NCBI GenBank assembly: GCA_947624505.1
Contig: CANQKO010000005.1
Location: 1,761-65,760, forward strand
Reading direction: 5' to 3'
Length of the DNA stretch: 64,000 nt
DNA from: an uncultured Bacilli bacterium
GTDB lineage: Bacteria > Bacillota_I > Bacilli_A > RF39 > UBA660
Part shown: piece after piece, positions 43,507 through 51,712 of the stretch
How positions within the stretch are numbered: the first letter of the stretch is position 1
How the letters are laid out: every line of letters begins with the position of its first letter
The notes under the pieces: generated by a model
Seen by the model: only the letters and a program-made list of their open reading frames with translations
What the model was told of the DNA's origin: nothing
The model's database searches: none
Made by a program: the position numbers and the translations under genes

Positions 43507-44284
43507 CTTCTATTTTGGGTAAAAATACCTCTTCTTTATTACTACCCACCAATACTTTAAAACTTCGATTTAAAATATCGATACTTATAACTTTTCCTTC
43601 ACCATTGGCAGTTTTATAACTATCACCAACACTAGGCATTCCTGGTAAGCACTCTAAATAATTATCATTTTCATATTGTAAACAACAAAGAAGCCGACCA
43701 CAGACACCATTAATTTTGGAAGGATTTAAAGCTAAATTTTGATCTTTAGCTAAATTCATTGAAATAGCGTCAATTTTATTTAAAAATCTCGCACAACATA
43801 ATTTTTGACCACAAATACCGACACCACCTATTTCTTTAGCTTTATCACGAGCCCCAATTTGTCTTAATTCAATTCTTGTATGGTAGATAGCAGCAAGTTT
43901 TCTAGCCAATTCTCGAAAATCAACACGCTCATCTGAAGTAAAAGTAAATAATAATTGTGAGCGATCAAAATTAAAATCAGCACTGATGACAAACATATTT
44001 AAGCCAAGTTCTTTGACTAACTCTCGACATTTAAGATAAGCTTCTTCTTTTTCTTTTAACAAACCATAATAAATTTCTGTATCTTCTTCTGTAGCTTTTC
44101 TTAATATGTACTTATATGTATCAGCATCTTTATTGATATTTTCTTTTTCTATACTCAATACTTTACCATATTGTAGTCCTTTTTCTGTTTCAACAATTAC
44201 ATAATCATCAATATTATACTCATCTTCACTAGCAAAATAATATTTTCGATTATTTTTTTTAAAGATTACACTATAAAGTTTCAT
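43487..44284 (-). CDS. ricT: PSP1-domain protein RicT/YaaT
   Basis: MKLYSVIFKKNNRKYYFASEDEYNIDDYVIVETEKGLQYGKVL and the Cys-rich C-part (GICGQKLCCARF...GVCGRLLCCLQYE). Confidence 0.85.
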   Translation of the reverse strand: MKLYSVIFKKNNRKYYFASEDEYNIDDYVIVETEKGLQYGKVLSIEKENINKDADTYKYILRKATEEDTEIYYGLLKEKEEAYLKCRELVKELGLNMFVISADFNFDRSQLLFTFTSDERVDFRELARKLAAIYHTRIELRQIGARDKAKEIGGVGICGQKLCCARFLNKIDAISMNLAKDQNLALNPSKINGVCGRLLCCLQYENDNYLECLPGMPSVGDSYKTANGEGKVISIDILNRSFKVLVGSNKEEVFLPKIEDEGNEK

Positions 44285-45137
44285 TATTTATCGCCTCAAT
44301 TTCTATTACCATTTTATCTAATAATAATTCAAGATTAACATTAAAATTAATTTCTTTTAATAACTTAATTAATAAATTAGTCTTTTTCTTCAAATTATCT
44401 AAAGTTAATCCATTTAAATAACTAAATTCCTGGTCTGTCTTAATATTTAAATATTTGGCCTCTAAAAGATTTTGATATATAGACATCATCATTTTTAAAA
44501 TAATCTTAATATCTTCTTTTTCTAAAGAACTAAGATATATTCTATTATACAAGATTAATTCTTTTTTTTCCATTTCTATTTTTTGTAAATAATTATTTAA
44601 AATTTTTTTTAGATTTTGATATTTTTCATCATTTATATTTAAATTTTCATATTCATTAGTTGAAAAATTACAATTTATTTTTTGACACCTACTACTAATT
44701 GTGGGAAGAATAGCACTATTTTCACTAGTTAGAAAAAAACCAATTACCTCCCCATCAGGTTCCTCTAAAAATTTTAACATTGTATTGGCAGCTTCTTTAT
44801 TCATCTTTTCCGCATTCATAATAATATATATTGATTCTTTTGTGTACAAACTATTTTTAGAAAATAAATTTTTTAATTCCAAAATCTGTCCTTTTTTAAC
44901 AATATCACCATCGGGGTAAATAATTTTCAAACTAGGTAAATTATTTAAATCAATTAAATGACATAAAGAACATTTATTACAATGATCACTATATTCATTA
45001 ACGCAAAAAATGTTCTTTATAACATTTAAAAGAACTTCTAAACATTTATTTATATTATTAGTTGAAATTAAATAAGCGTGAGCTAATTTGCCTTCATTAT
45101 AATATTTTATTAATTTTTCTAACTCACTACAATTTAT
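44271..45137 (-). CDS. holB: DNA polymerase III delta-prime subunit; N-terminus extended beyond the ORF-track TTG to a putative non-canonical ATA start
   Basis: ORF-track part has EEPDGEVIGFFLTSENSAILPTISSRCQKI (SRC motif). In-frame upstream codons encode KLAHAYLISTNN...EYSDHCNKCSLCHLI (delta-prime/tau N-terminal and zinc module) with no ATG/GTG/TTG. SD AGGAGG at 45148-45143, then ATA at 45137. Confidence 0.6.
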   Translation of the reverse strand: MNCSELEKLIKYYNEGKLAHAYLISTNNINKCLEVLLNVIKNIFCVNEYSDHCNKCSLCHLIDLNNLPSLKIIYPDGDIVKKGQILELKNLFSKNSLYTKESIYIIMNAEKMNKEAANTMLKFLEEPDGEVIGFFLTSENSAILPTISSRCQKINCNFSTNEYENLNINDEKYQNLKKILNNYLQKIEMEKKELILYNRIYLSSLEKEDIKIILKMMMSIYQNLLEAKYLNIKTDQEFSYLNGLTLDNLKKKTNLLIKLLKEINFNVNLELLLDKMVIEIEAINNETL

Positions 45138-45146
45138 ATTAACCTC

Positions 45147-45335
45147 CTAAGCTAATAGATAAAAAATCGCAAATAATGATAATAAACCAGGAGCTCCTAA
45201 GATAGTTGTGACACTAATGGTATAGATATTTAACGGTAAATATATTCCAACATTTTTTAATGTGATATTTATTCCATATATGATACCAAAAGCAAAGACT
45301 ATTTTCCTTAAGATTACTCCTAACTTTATTTTCAT
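45147..45335 (-). CDS. bofA: BofA-family membrane protein (pro-sigma-K processing inhibitor family)
   Basis: 62 aa. GIYLPLNIYTISVTTILGAPGLLSLFAI matches the BofA pattern G-x-x-x-P-x-N...LG-x-PG. Position after recR as in B. subtilis. Confidence 0.65.
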   Translation of the reverse strand: MKIKLGVILRKIVFAFGIIYGINITLKNVGIYLPLNIYTISVTTILGAPGLLSLFAIFYLLA

Positions 45336-45372
45336 TTTATCACCTAATAAATTATATTTATGAAAATATCAT

Positions 45373-45975
45373 TTATTCGGAAATTCTTTTACGATCCTCT
45401 AATGCTTTATCTAATGTAATAATATCAAGATAATCTATTTCTGCCCCCATAGGAAGGCCATAAGAAAGTCTTGAAATAGTTACATCTTTCTTTTCAAATA
45501 TTTTTTTTATGTAAAGCGTGGTTGTTTCTCCTTCAATTGATGATTTTAAAGCCAGAATTAATTCAGGATGATCTAGGGAATCTACTCTTTTAACTAAAGA
45601 TGAAATGTTAATATCTTCTGGACCAATACTATCCATTGGAGAAATTAAACCCTGTAACACGTGATAAACACCTTTATAATTTCCTACCTTTTCAAAAGAA
45701 AAGACACTTTTATAATCTTCAATAACACATATCAAATTTTTATCGCGATTTGGGTTATCGCATATATTACATATTTCATTCTCAGTTAAATGGCCACATA
45801 TTTTACAAGGATGTAAAGTCTTTTTTGCCAAAATAATATCATCGGCAAATTCATTAGTCTCATCTTCATTAAGCGATATAGTGGCTAGAGCCATCCTTTC
45901 GGCAGATTTTTCCCCAATGCCTGGAAGTCTCTTATAAAAATTAATTAATTTTTGTAATAATTCAGGATATATCAT
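45373..45975 (-). CDS. recR: Recombination protein RecR
   Basis: LINFYKRLPGIGEKSAERMA (HhH), the C4 zinc finger CKICGHLTENEICNIC, and a Toprim domain. Confidence 0.95.
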   Translation of the reverse strand: MIYPELLQKLINFYKRLPGIGEKSAERMALATISLNEDETNEFADDIILAKKTLHPCKICGHLTENEICNICDNPNRDKNLICVIEDYKSVFSFEKVGNYKGVYHVLQGLISPMDSIGPEDINISSLVKRVDSLDHPELILALKSSIEGETTTLYIKKIFEKKDVTISRLSYGLPMGAEIDYLDIITLDKALEDRKRISE

Positions 45976-45976
45976 C

Positions 45977-46276
45977 TTACATCAACCCATCCAAAGCACC
46001 AGCATATTGTCCTAATTTATCATTCATTGCTTCATTAATTTTAATAAAAGCATCTTTAGTGGCAATTTGAATCATATCTTCTAATATTTCTTTATCATCT
46101 TCATCAATAATACCATCTTTGATTATTTTTACATCTTTAATTACTCTTCCACCCGTAAAAGTAATTTCTACCCATTCACTTTTACCAGTAAATTCCATTT
46201 TTTCTAATTCTTCTTTCTTTTGCGTTATTTCTCTTTGCATTCTTTGCGCTTGAGCCATTAAATTTTGCATATTCAT
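45977..46276 (-). CDS. ybaB: Nucleoid-associated protein YbaB/EbfC
   Basis: 99 aa. MNMQNLMAQAQRMQREITQKKEELEKMEFTGKSEWVEITFTG. Lies between dnaX and recR. Confidence 0.9.
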   Translation of the reverse strand: MNMQNLMAQAQRMQREITQKKEELEKMEFTGKSEWVEITFTGGRVIKDVKIIKDGIIDEDDKEILEDMIQIATKDAFIKINEAMNDKLGQYAGALDGLM

Positions 46277-46289
46277 ATCTTCTCACCTC

Positions 46290-47831
46290 CTAAACTATTT
46301 CTACTTTTTCTTTATCAAATACATCATTGATAACTAATTCATCATCTTTTATTTCTTTTTCTTCTATATAATTATAAACTTTTTTATTTTGCAAATTTAA
46401 TATATATTGTTCTTTTTCTTTTTGCCATTTATCTTGAGTTAAAAAAATGATCTTATAAACTTCATTTAATTCTTTGGCAATAAATTTTTCGATTTCTTTT
46501 AACATTTGATTAGCTAATCCAACATTATGATCATTATTAACACAGAAAATCATATTTTTATCAGATGATGCCACCAAAGTACTATCGATAAAAATACCTT
46601 TAATTTTTCCAGGAATATTTGGTGATTCCTTTAAATTATTAATTTTTATTTTATTTTCTTCTAAAAATTTCTTTTGAGCGTTACAAAAGCAATTATTAAT
46701 TCTGGTATTAATAAGTTCAGTAAAATCATCAGATTTTTTTTCTACCTTTGGTACTTCCAATTTTTGCTCTATTTCTTTCTTTTCTTCAACTTGAATTTTT
46801 TCACTTTTAGTTTGGCAAAATTCAAGTAAAATCATTTCCAAAACTGTATAAGGGTCAACATTAATATTTACTTGATTAATACTATCAATAAGATTAATTA
46901 TCATTTTTTTATAATCGCTAAAAGTTAATCTTTTATATTTACCATTTAATTGTATATTTTTAGCTCTTAAAGTAGCAATGTCTATGATTCTTTTAACTAG
47001 TGTTTTATAATCATAAGCCTTTTTTCTAAAATCATCAATATACTCTAAACAAGTCTTAATATTGTTTTCTTCGATAGCATCAAGCAAATCTTCAATAGTT
47101 TTTTTGGAAATTATTTTAATATGTTCTTCCACATACTCCAAAGTTATTTCTTCATTACTCTTTGATAATTGATCTAATAAACTTAAGGCATCGCGCATTC
47201 CACCTTCAGCAATATTAGCTATTTCTTCTAGGGCATCGAGAGAAAATTTAATATTTTCTTTTTTACTAATCTCACTTAGACGGCTTACTATATTATTAAC
47301 ATTAATCTTTTGAAAATCAAAACGTTGACATCTTGAAAGGATTGTAATCGGTATATTTTCCACATTGGTGGTTGCCAAGATAAATATAGAATGAGCTGGT
47401 GGCTCTTCTAACGTAAGTAAAAGGGCATTAAAAGCACTTTGAGTTAACATATGGGCTTCATCAATAATATACACTTTATATTTGCCATTAGTCGGAGCTA
47501 ATTTAACATTATCTATAATTTCTCTTATATCATCAACGCCATTATTTGAAGCCGCATCTAACTCAATTATATCGGGATTTTCATTGAAATGTTGACAAAA
47601 ATCGCATTTTTCACACGGATTAGCCCCATTTGGTTCTGCACAGTTAATGGCTTTGGCAAAAACTTTAGCAGTAGTGGTTTTACCAGTTCCCCTAGGACCA
47701 GAAAAAATATAAGCGTGTGAAAGCTTATGATTAATAATTGAATTTTTTAATGTATTAATGATATATTCTTGTCCAATTATATCATCGAAATTTTCTGGAC
47801 GATATTTTCGATATAAGACCTTGTAATTCAT
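46290..47831 (-). CDS. dnaX: DNA polymerase III subunit tau/gamma
   Basis: HAYIFSGPRGTGKTTTAKVFAKAINC, CEKCDFC, IIDEAHML, ILSRCQRF. Confidence 0.95.
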   Translation of the reverse strand: MNYKVLYRKYRPENFDDIIGQEYIINTLKNSIINHKLSHAYIFSGPRGTGKTTTAKVFAKAINCAEPNGANPCEKCDFCQHFNENPDIIELDAASNNGVDDIREIIDNVKLAPTNGKYKVYIIDEAHMLTQSAFNALLLTLEEPPAHSIFILATTNVENIPITILSRCQRFDFQKINVNNIVSRLSEISKKENIKFSLDALEEIANIAEGGMRDALSLLDQLSKSNEEITLEYVEEHIKIISKKTIEDLLDAIEENNIKTCLEYIDDFRKKAYDYKTLVKRIIDIATLRAKNIQLNGKYKRLTFSDYKKMIINLIDSINQVNINVDPYTVLEMILLEFCQTKSEKIQVEEKKEIEQKLEVPKVEKKSDDFTELINTRINNCFCNAQKKFLEENKIKINNLKESPNIPGKIKGIFIDSTLVASSDKNMIFCVNNDHNVGLANQMLKEIEKFIAKELNEVYKIIFLTQDKWQKEKEQYILNLQNKKVYNYIEEKEIKDDELVINDVFDKEKVEIV

Positions 47832-47888
47832 ATGATGTTGTTCCTTTCAAAAACATTATATCACAAATAATTGACATTTAGATAGTAA

Positions 47889-48296
47889 TTATCGCAATTC
47901 TTTAAAAAATTTATCAATAATTTTTTTATAATTATTTAGCAAATTGTCATCGTGAATTGTTACAAACATATGTTTGCTGCTGCTATCTTGATTTTTTTCT
48001 AATAAATAATAAACTTTACTTAATCGACACTCTTTGATTATTTTTTCACACATTTCACAAGGATATAAAGTAACATACATTTCACATCCATCTAATCGCC
48101 AATCTTTAATCTTCTTTTCAGCTTTTGTTATTGCATTTATTTCGGCGTGGCCTAAAACACTATATTTTTTTTGACGATCATTATGAGCTTTAGCTATCAC
48201 TTTATTATTTTTTGTAATAATAACCCCAACTGGAATTTCTTTTTTCTTAAACGCTTTTAAACTTTCTTTATAAGCTAATTGCATATATTCATTCAT
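47889..48296 (-). CDS. tadA: tRNA-specific adenosine deaminase TadA; start trimmed to MNEYMQLAYKE
   Basis: HAEINAI and PCEMC zinc motifs. The ORF-track extension (to 48320) overlaps the SRP RNA 3' end. Confidence 0.9.
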   Translation of the reverse strand: MNEYMQLAYKESLKAFKKKEIPVGVIITKNNKVIAKAHNDRQKKYSVLGHAEINAITKAEKKIKDWRLDGCEMYVTLYPCEMCEKIIKECRLSKVYYLLEKNQDSSSKHMFVTIHDDNLLNNYKKIIDKFFKELR

Positions 48297-48308
48297 ATTA
48301 ACCTCATT

Positions 48309-48385
48309 AAAAAAGCACACACAAATAGAGGGCGATGTGGCTGCTGTTTTCCAACTCTGACCAGTTTACGGCATATTTGTTGTGC
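48309..48385 (-). ncRNA. ffs: Minimal (4.5S-type) signal recognition particle RNA
   Basis: Minus strand reads GCACAACAAAUAUGCCGUAAACUGGUCAGAGUUGGAAAACAGCAGCCACAUCGCCCUCUAUUUGUGUGUGC followed by UUUUUU. The 5' and 3' ends pair. The apical GUU-GGAA-AAC tetraloop plus GGUCAG / AGCAGCC match the conserved domain IV (cf. E. coli CAGGUCAGGUCCGGAAGGAAGCAGCCA). Confidence 0.8.
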
Positions 48386-48391
48386 AATTAA

Positions 48392-48420
48392 ATATTATCA
48401 TAATATTTATAAATACGCAA
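48392..48420 (-). promoter_or_regulatory. Sigma-A-type promoter for ffs
   Basis: Minus strand reads TTGCGT-N17-TAATAT with an extended TG, 6 nt before the first G of the RNA. Confidence 0.6.
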
Positions 48421-48435
48421 CACCCTTTATTTTTA

Positions 48436-48485
48436 ATATTATGTAAACCAATTATTTCCTGGGAAATAATTGGTTTACATAATAT
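48436..48485. repeat. 50-bp palindrome, copy A (one central mismatch)
   Basis: ATATTATGTAAACCAATTATTTCCTGGGAAATAATTGGTTTACATAATAT. Apart from a central C-to-T change it is identical to copy B at 49124-49173. Confidence 0.9.
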
Positions 48486-48537
48486 AATTGTTTTACTCTT
48501 GTTTTTACAAAAATTTATTAAAAATTATTTAATATTT

Positions 48538-48555
48538 ATGTTTCACGTGAAACAT
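48538..48555. other. parS: parS site 1 (ParB/Spo0J binding site)
   Basis: ATGTTTCACGTGAAACAT. The core TGTTTCACGTGAAACA is a perfect match to the Firmicute consensus TGTTNCACGTGAAACA. Confidence 0.85.
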
Positions 48556-48658
48556 CATTTATTTTTCTTCGTTCATTTTCTTATAATTAAATAAATATTT
48601 AATTTAAATGAAGTTCGCAAAATATAATTTATAATTTTAATGTGTGTTCTTACAACAC

Positions 48659-48676
48659 ATGTTTCACGTGAAACAT
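48659..48676. other. parS: parS site 2
   Basis: Identical 18-mer ATGTTTCACGTGAAACAT. Confidence 0.85.
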
Positions 48677-48862
48677 ATTAATTTTAGATTTAAATTACAA
48701 ATTCAATTTATGGAATACAATATTTTGTATTTAAATAAAAAGACTTGTTAGAAACGCTTTTGTTTATACAATTTTTTATATAGATTTTAATTACACTTTT
48801 AAAAATATACCTATTAATTATTTAAATTGTGTTAAAAATTAAAAACATATTTCATATCATCA

Positions 48863-48880
48863 ATGTTTCACGTGAAACAT
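48863..48880. other. parS: parS site 3
   Basis: Identical 18-mer. The palindrome extends to 26 bp (48859-48884, ATCAATG...CATTGAT). Confidence 0.85.
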
Positions 48881-48975
48881 TGATCTAAATAATATCTTTA
48901 AATAGTGTAATTTTTTAATGTATTTATTATAAAATACAATATTGTCAAATATATATTTTTAAATTACAAATATAT

Positions 48976-48993
48976 ATGTTTCACGTGAAACAT
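48976..48993. other. parS: parS site 4
   Basis: Identical 18-mer. The palindrome extends to 26 bp (48972-48997, ATATATG...CATATAT). Confidence 0.85.
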
Positions 48994-49123
48994 ATATTAA
49001 ATGAAGTGCCAGTATAGTGAATTAAATAAATTTAATAAAATGAATCAAATCACATATAAAGAGTTTTTTATTTCAAAAATTTTAAAATTTTAAAAAACAA
49101 ATCATTTTTTAGTATGTAGTAAA

Positions 49124-49173
49124 ATATTATGTAAACCAATTATTTCCCGGGAAATAATTGGTTTACATAATAT
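49124..49173. repeat. 50-bp perfect palindrome, copy B; probable gyrA terminator
   Basis: ATATTATGTAAACCAATTATTTCCCGGGAAATAATTGGTTTACATAATAT. Begins 25 nt after the gyrA stop. On the minus strand it is followed by the U-rich AUAAUAUUUUAC. Confidence 0.85.
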
Positions 49174-49197
49174 AATAAAAATTGTAAAAAAAAGATA

Positions 49198-51702
49198 CTA
49201 ATTAGCAGTATCATTAGTATCTTCTTCATTTATAATGTTTTTTTGAGCAGTTTCGATATTATTTTTTGAATTTGTTTCTTCATCAATAACTTTATTAACC
49301 ACACTAACTGTAGCTACAAGTTGATTTTCTCTTAAAGAAATTAATCTTAATCCTTGAGTAACACGTCCTAACAGAGAAATTTGTTCAACAGGAAGTTTAA
49401 TTGTAATTCCTGCATTTGTCATAATAATAACATCTTTATCGTTATCAACAACTTTGGCCGCTACTAAATTACCATTCTTTTCTGTAACATTTAAAGCTAG
49501 TACGCCTTTACTTCCTCGTTTTGTTTGTCTAAATTCACAAACATTTGTTCTTTTTCCGTAACCTTTCTCTGTTACTAACAATATTGTCGAATCTTCATTA
49601 ACAACCTCAAAACAAATACATTTTCCACCTTCAAGAGTAATACCTTTAACACCTGCAGCTGTTCTACCCATTGGTCTAATTTCATTTTCATTAAATTTGA
49701 CCATTTTACCTTTGTCGCTACCTAATAAAACGATGTTTTCACCAGTGGTTTTTTTAACATCTAATAATTCATCATTATCAGTTAAATTAATACATATCTT
49801 TCCGGTTGCTCTAATATTTTCAAATTCAGATATTTTTGTTTTCTTTACAATACCTTTCTTAGTTACAAACATTAAATAATTGTTTTCTTCATCTTGAGAA
49901 ATCTTTAATATTGAATTAATTGTTTCATCTTTTTCGATCTGAATCAAATTAACAACTGGTAATCCTTTAGATTGTCTACTAAATTCAGGTATTTCATAAC
50001 CTTTTAAACGGTAAACTTTACCTTTATTACTAAAGAACATTATATAATCATGTGTTGATAAATTTAATAAATGCTCTACATAATCTTCTTCATTTGTTGT
50101 TAAACCTTTTATTCCAACTCCTCCACGATTTTGAACTTTAAAAGTGTCATTAGTTGTTCTTTTGATATAACCTTTATTAGTTAAAACAACCATAACATCT
50201 TCTTCTGGAATTAAAGATTCATCTTCAATATATTCTATTGCTGTCATATCAATCTTTGTCCGACGATCATCTTCAAATTTATCTTTAATTTCTAATAATT
50301 CATTCTTAATTATTTCAAGGATTTTATCACGAGAGGCTAAAATTTCTTTTAATTCTTCGATTCTTAATAATAAATCTCTCAATTCTTCTTCAATTTTATT
50401 TCTTTCTAAGCCTGTCAAACGACGTAATTTTAACTCAAGAATTGCATCAGCTTGAATATCAGATAAATTATACTTAGCTATCAAAGTTTCTTTGGCTATT
50501 ATATCTGTTTCTGACTCACGAATGATTTTAATAAAATCATCAAGATTATCAAGAGCAATTTTATAGCCTTCTAAAATATGAACTCTTTTTTCAGCTTTAT
50601 CAAGATCAAACTGAGTTCTTCTAATAATAACTTCTTCTTGGAAATTAATATATTTGCTAATAATGTCTTTTAATCCTAAAGTTCGAGGTACTTTATTATC
50701 AATCATTAAAAAGATTATACCATAACTTGTTTGAAATTGTGTATGTTTATACAAATTATTAAGAACTACTTGAGGATTAGCATCTTTTTTCAAAGTAATG
50801 GTAATTTTTACACCATTTTTTAAATCTGTATGATAATCAGCAATGCCATCAATAATCTTATTATGGACAAGTTCCGCCACTTTATTTTTTAAATCAGATA
50901 CATTAACACCATAGGGAACTTCATCAACAATAATATAATGTTTACCATCTTTTTCTTCAATAGTGGCTTTACTTCTTATAGTAATTGTTCCTCTTCCGGT
51001 TTCATAGGCTTTTTTAATACCACTGTTACCTAAAATTATACCACCAGTTGGAAAATCTGGACCTTTTATATATTGCATTAGACCTAATGTATCAATATCA
51101 GGATTATTAATATAGGCAATGCAACCATCAATAACTTCACCTAAATTATGAGGTGGTATGTTAGTAGCCATTCCAACCGCAATTCCCATCGTTCCATTAA
51201 CTAGAATATTTGGAAATCTTGAAGGTAATACTTCAGGTTCTTTTTCTGATTCATCAAAGTTTGGCAAAAAATTAACTGTTTCTTTATTAATATCTCTCAA
51301 TAATTCTAAAGATAATTTATCAAGACGAGCTTCCGTATAACGATATGCTGCCGCTCCAGCTCCAGCAATATTACCAAAATTACCATGTCCATCAATTAAG
51401 GGGTTACGATAACTAAAATCTTGAGCCATCCTAACCATTGCTTCATAGATACTTGAATCGCCATGGGGATGGTATTTACCCATTACTTCACCAACTATTT
51501 TTGCTGATTTTTTATGAGGTTTATCAGGGGTATACCCAGATTCATACATCGACCATAAAATTCTTCTATGAACCGGTTTTAAACCATCTCTTAAATCAGG
51601 AACCGCTCTTGAAACAATAACACTAACTGAATAATCAATAAATGATTTTTTTATCTCTGTTACTATATTATTTTCTTGTAATTTATCTTTTTCATTATTC
51701 AT
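49198..51702 (-). CDS. gyrA: DNA gyrase subunit A
   Basis: 834 aa. [23 protein letters not shown] (active-site Tyr), and C-terminal beta-pinwheel repeats. Confidence 0.97.
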   Translation of the reverse strand: MNNEKDKLQENNIVTEIKKSFIDYSVSVIVSRAVPDLRDGLKPVHRRILWSMYESGYTPDKPHKKSAKIVGEVMGKYHPHGDSSIYEAMVRMAQDFSYRNPLIDGHGNFGNIAGAGAAAYRYTEARLDKLSLELLRDINKETVNFLPNFDESEKEPEVLPSRFPNILVNGTMGIAVGMATNIPPHNLGEVIDGCIAYINNPDIDTLGLMQYIKGPDFPTGGIILGNSGIKKAYETGRGTITIRSKATIEEKDGKHYIIVDEVPYGVNVSDLKNKVAELVHNKIIDGIADYHTDLKNGVKITITLKKDANPQVVLNNLYKHTQFQTSYGIIFLMIDNKVPRTLGLKDIISKYINFQEEVIIRRTQFDLDKAEKRVHILEGYKIALDNLDDFIKIIRESETDIIAKETLIAKYNLSDIQADAILELKLRRLTGLERNKIEEELRDLLLRIEELKEILASRDKILEIIKNELLEIKDKFEDDRRTKIDMTAIEYIEDESLIPEEDVMVVLTNKGYIKRTTNDTFKVQNRGGVGIKGLTTNEEDYVEHLLNLSTHDYIMFFSNKGKVYRLKGYEIPEFSRQSKGLPVVNLIQIEKDETINSILKISQDEENNYLMFVTKKGIVKKTKISEFENIRATGKICINLTDNDELLDVKKTTGENIVLLGSDKGKMVKFNENEIRPMGRTAAGVKGITLEGGKCICFEVVNEDSTILLVTEKGYGKRTNVCEFRQTKRGSKGVLALNVTEKNGNLVAAKVVDNDKDVIIMTNAGITIKLPVEQISLLGRVTQGLRLISLRENQLVATVSVVNKVIDEETNSKNNIETAQKNIINEEDTNDTAN

Positions 51703-51712
51703 TGTAACCCTC

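Noticed and set aside
45135-45149. bofA and holB lie in the same frame separated only by TAG (possible read-through fusion)
   Set aside because: The two proteins are functionally unrelated. A strong AGGAGG overlaps the stop, which fits ordinary reinitiation or coupling. Sharing a frame has a one-in-three chance expectation.
48382-48594. 70-aa plus-strand ORF in the gyrA-ffs interval
   Set aside because: It overlaps the ffs promoter, the 50-bp palindrome and parS site 1. The product is an Ile/Leu/Phe-rich artefact of A/T-rich DNA.
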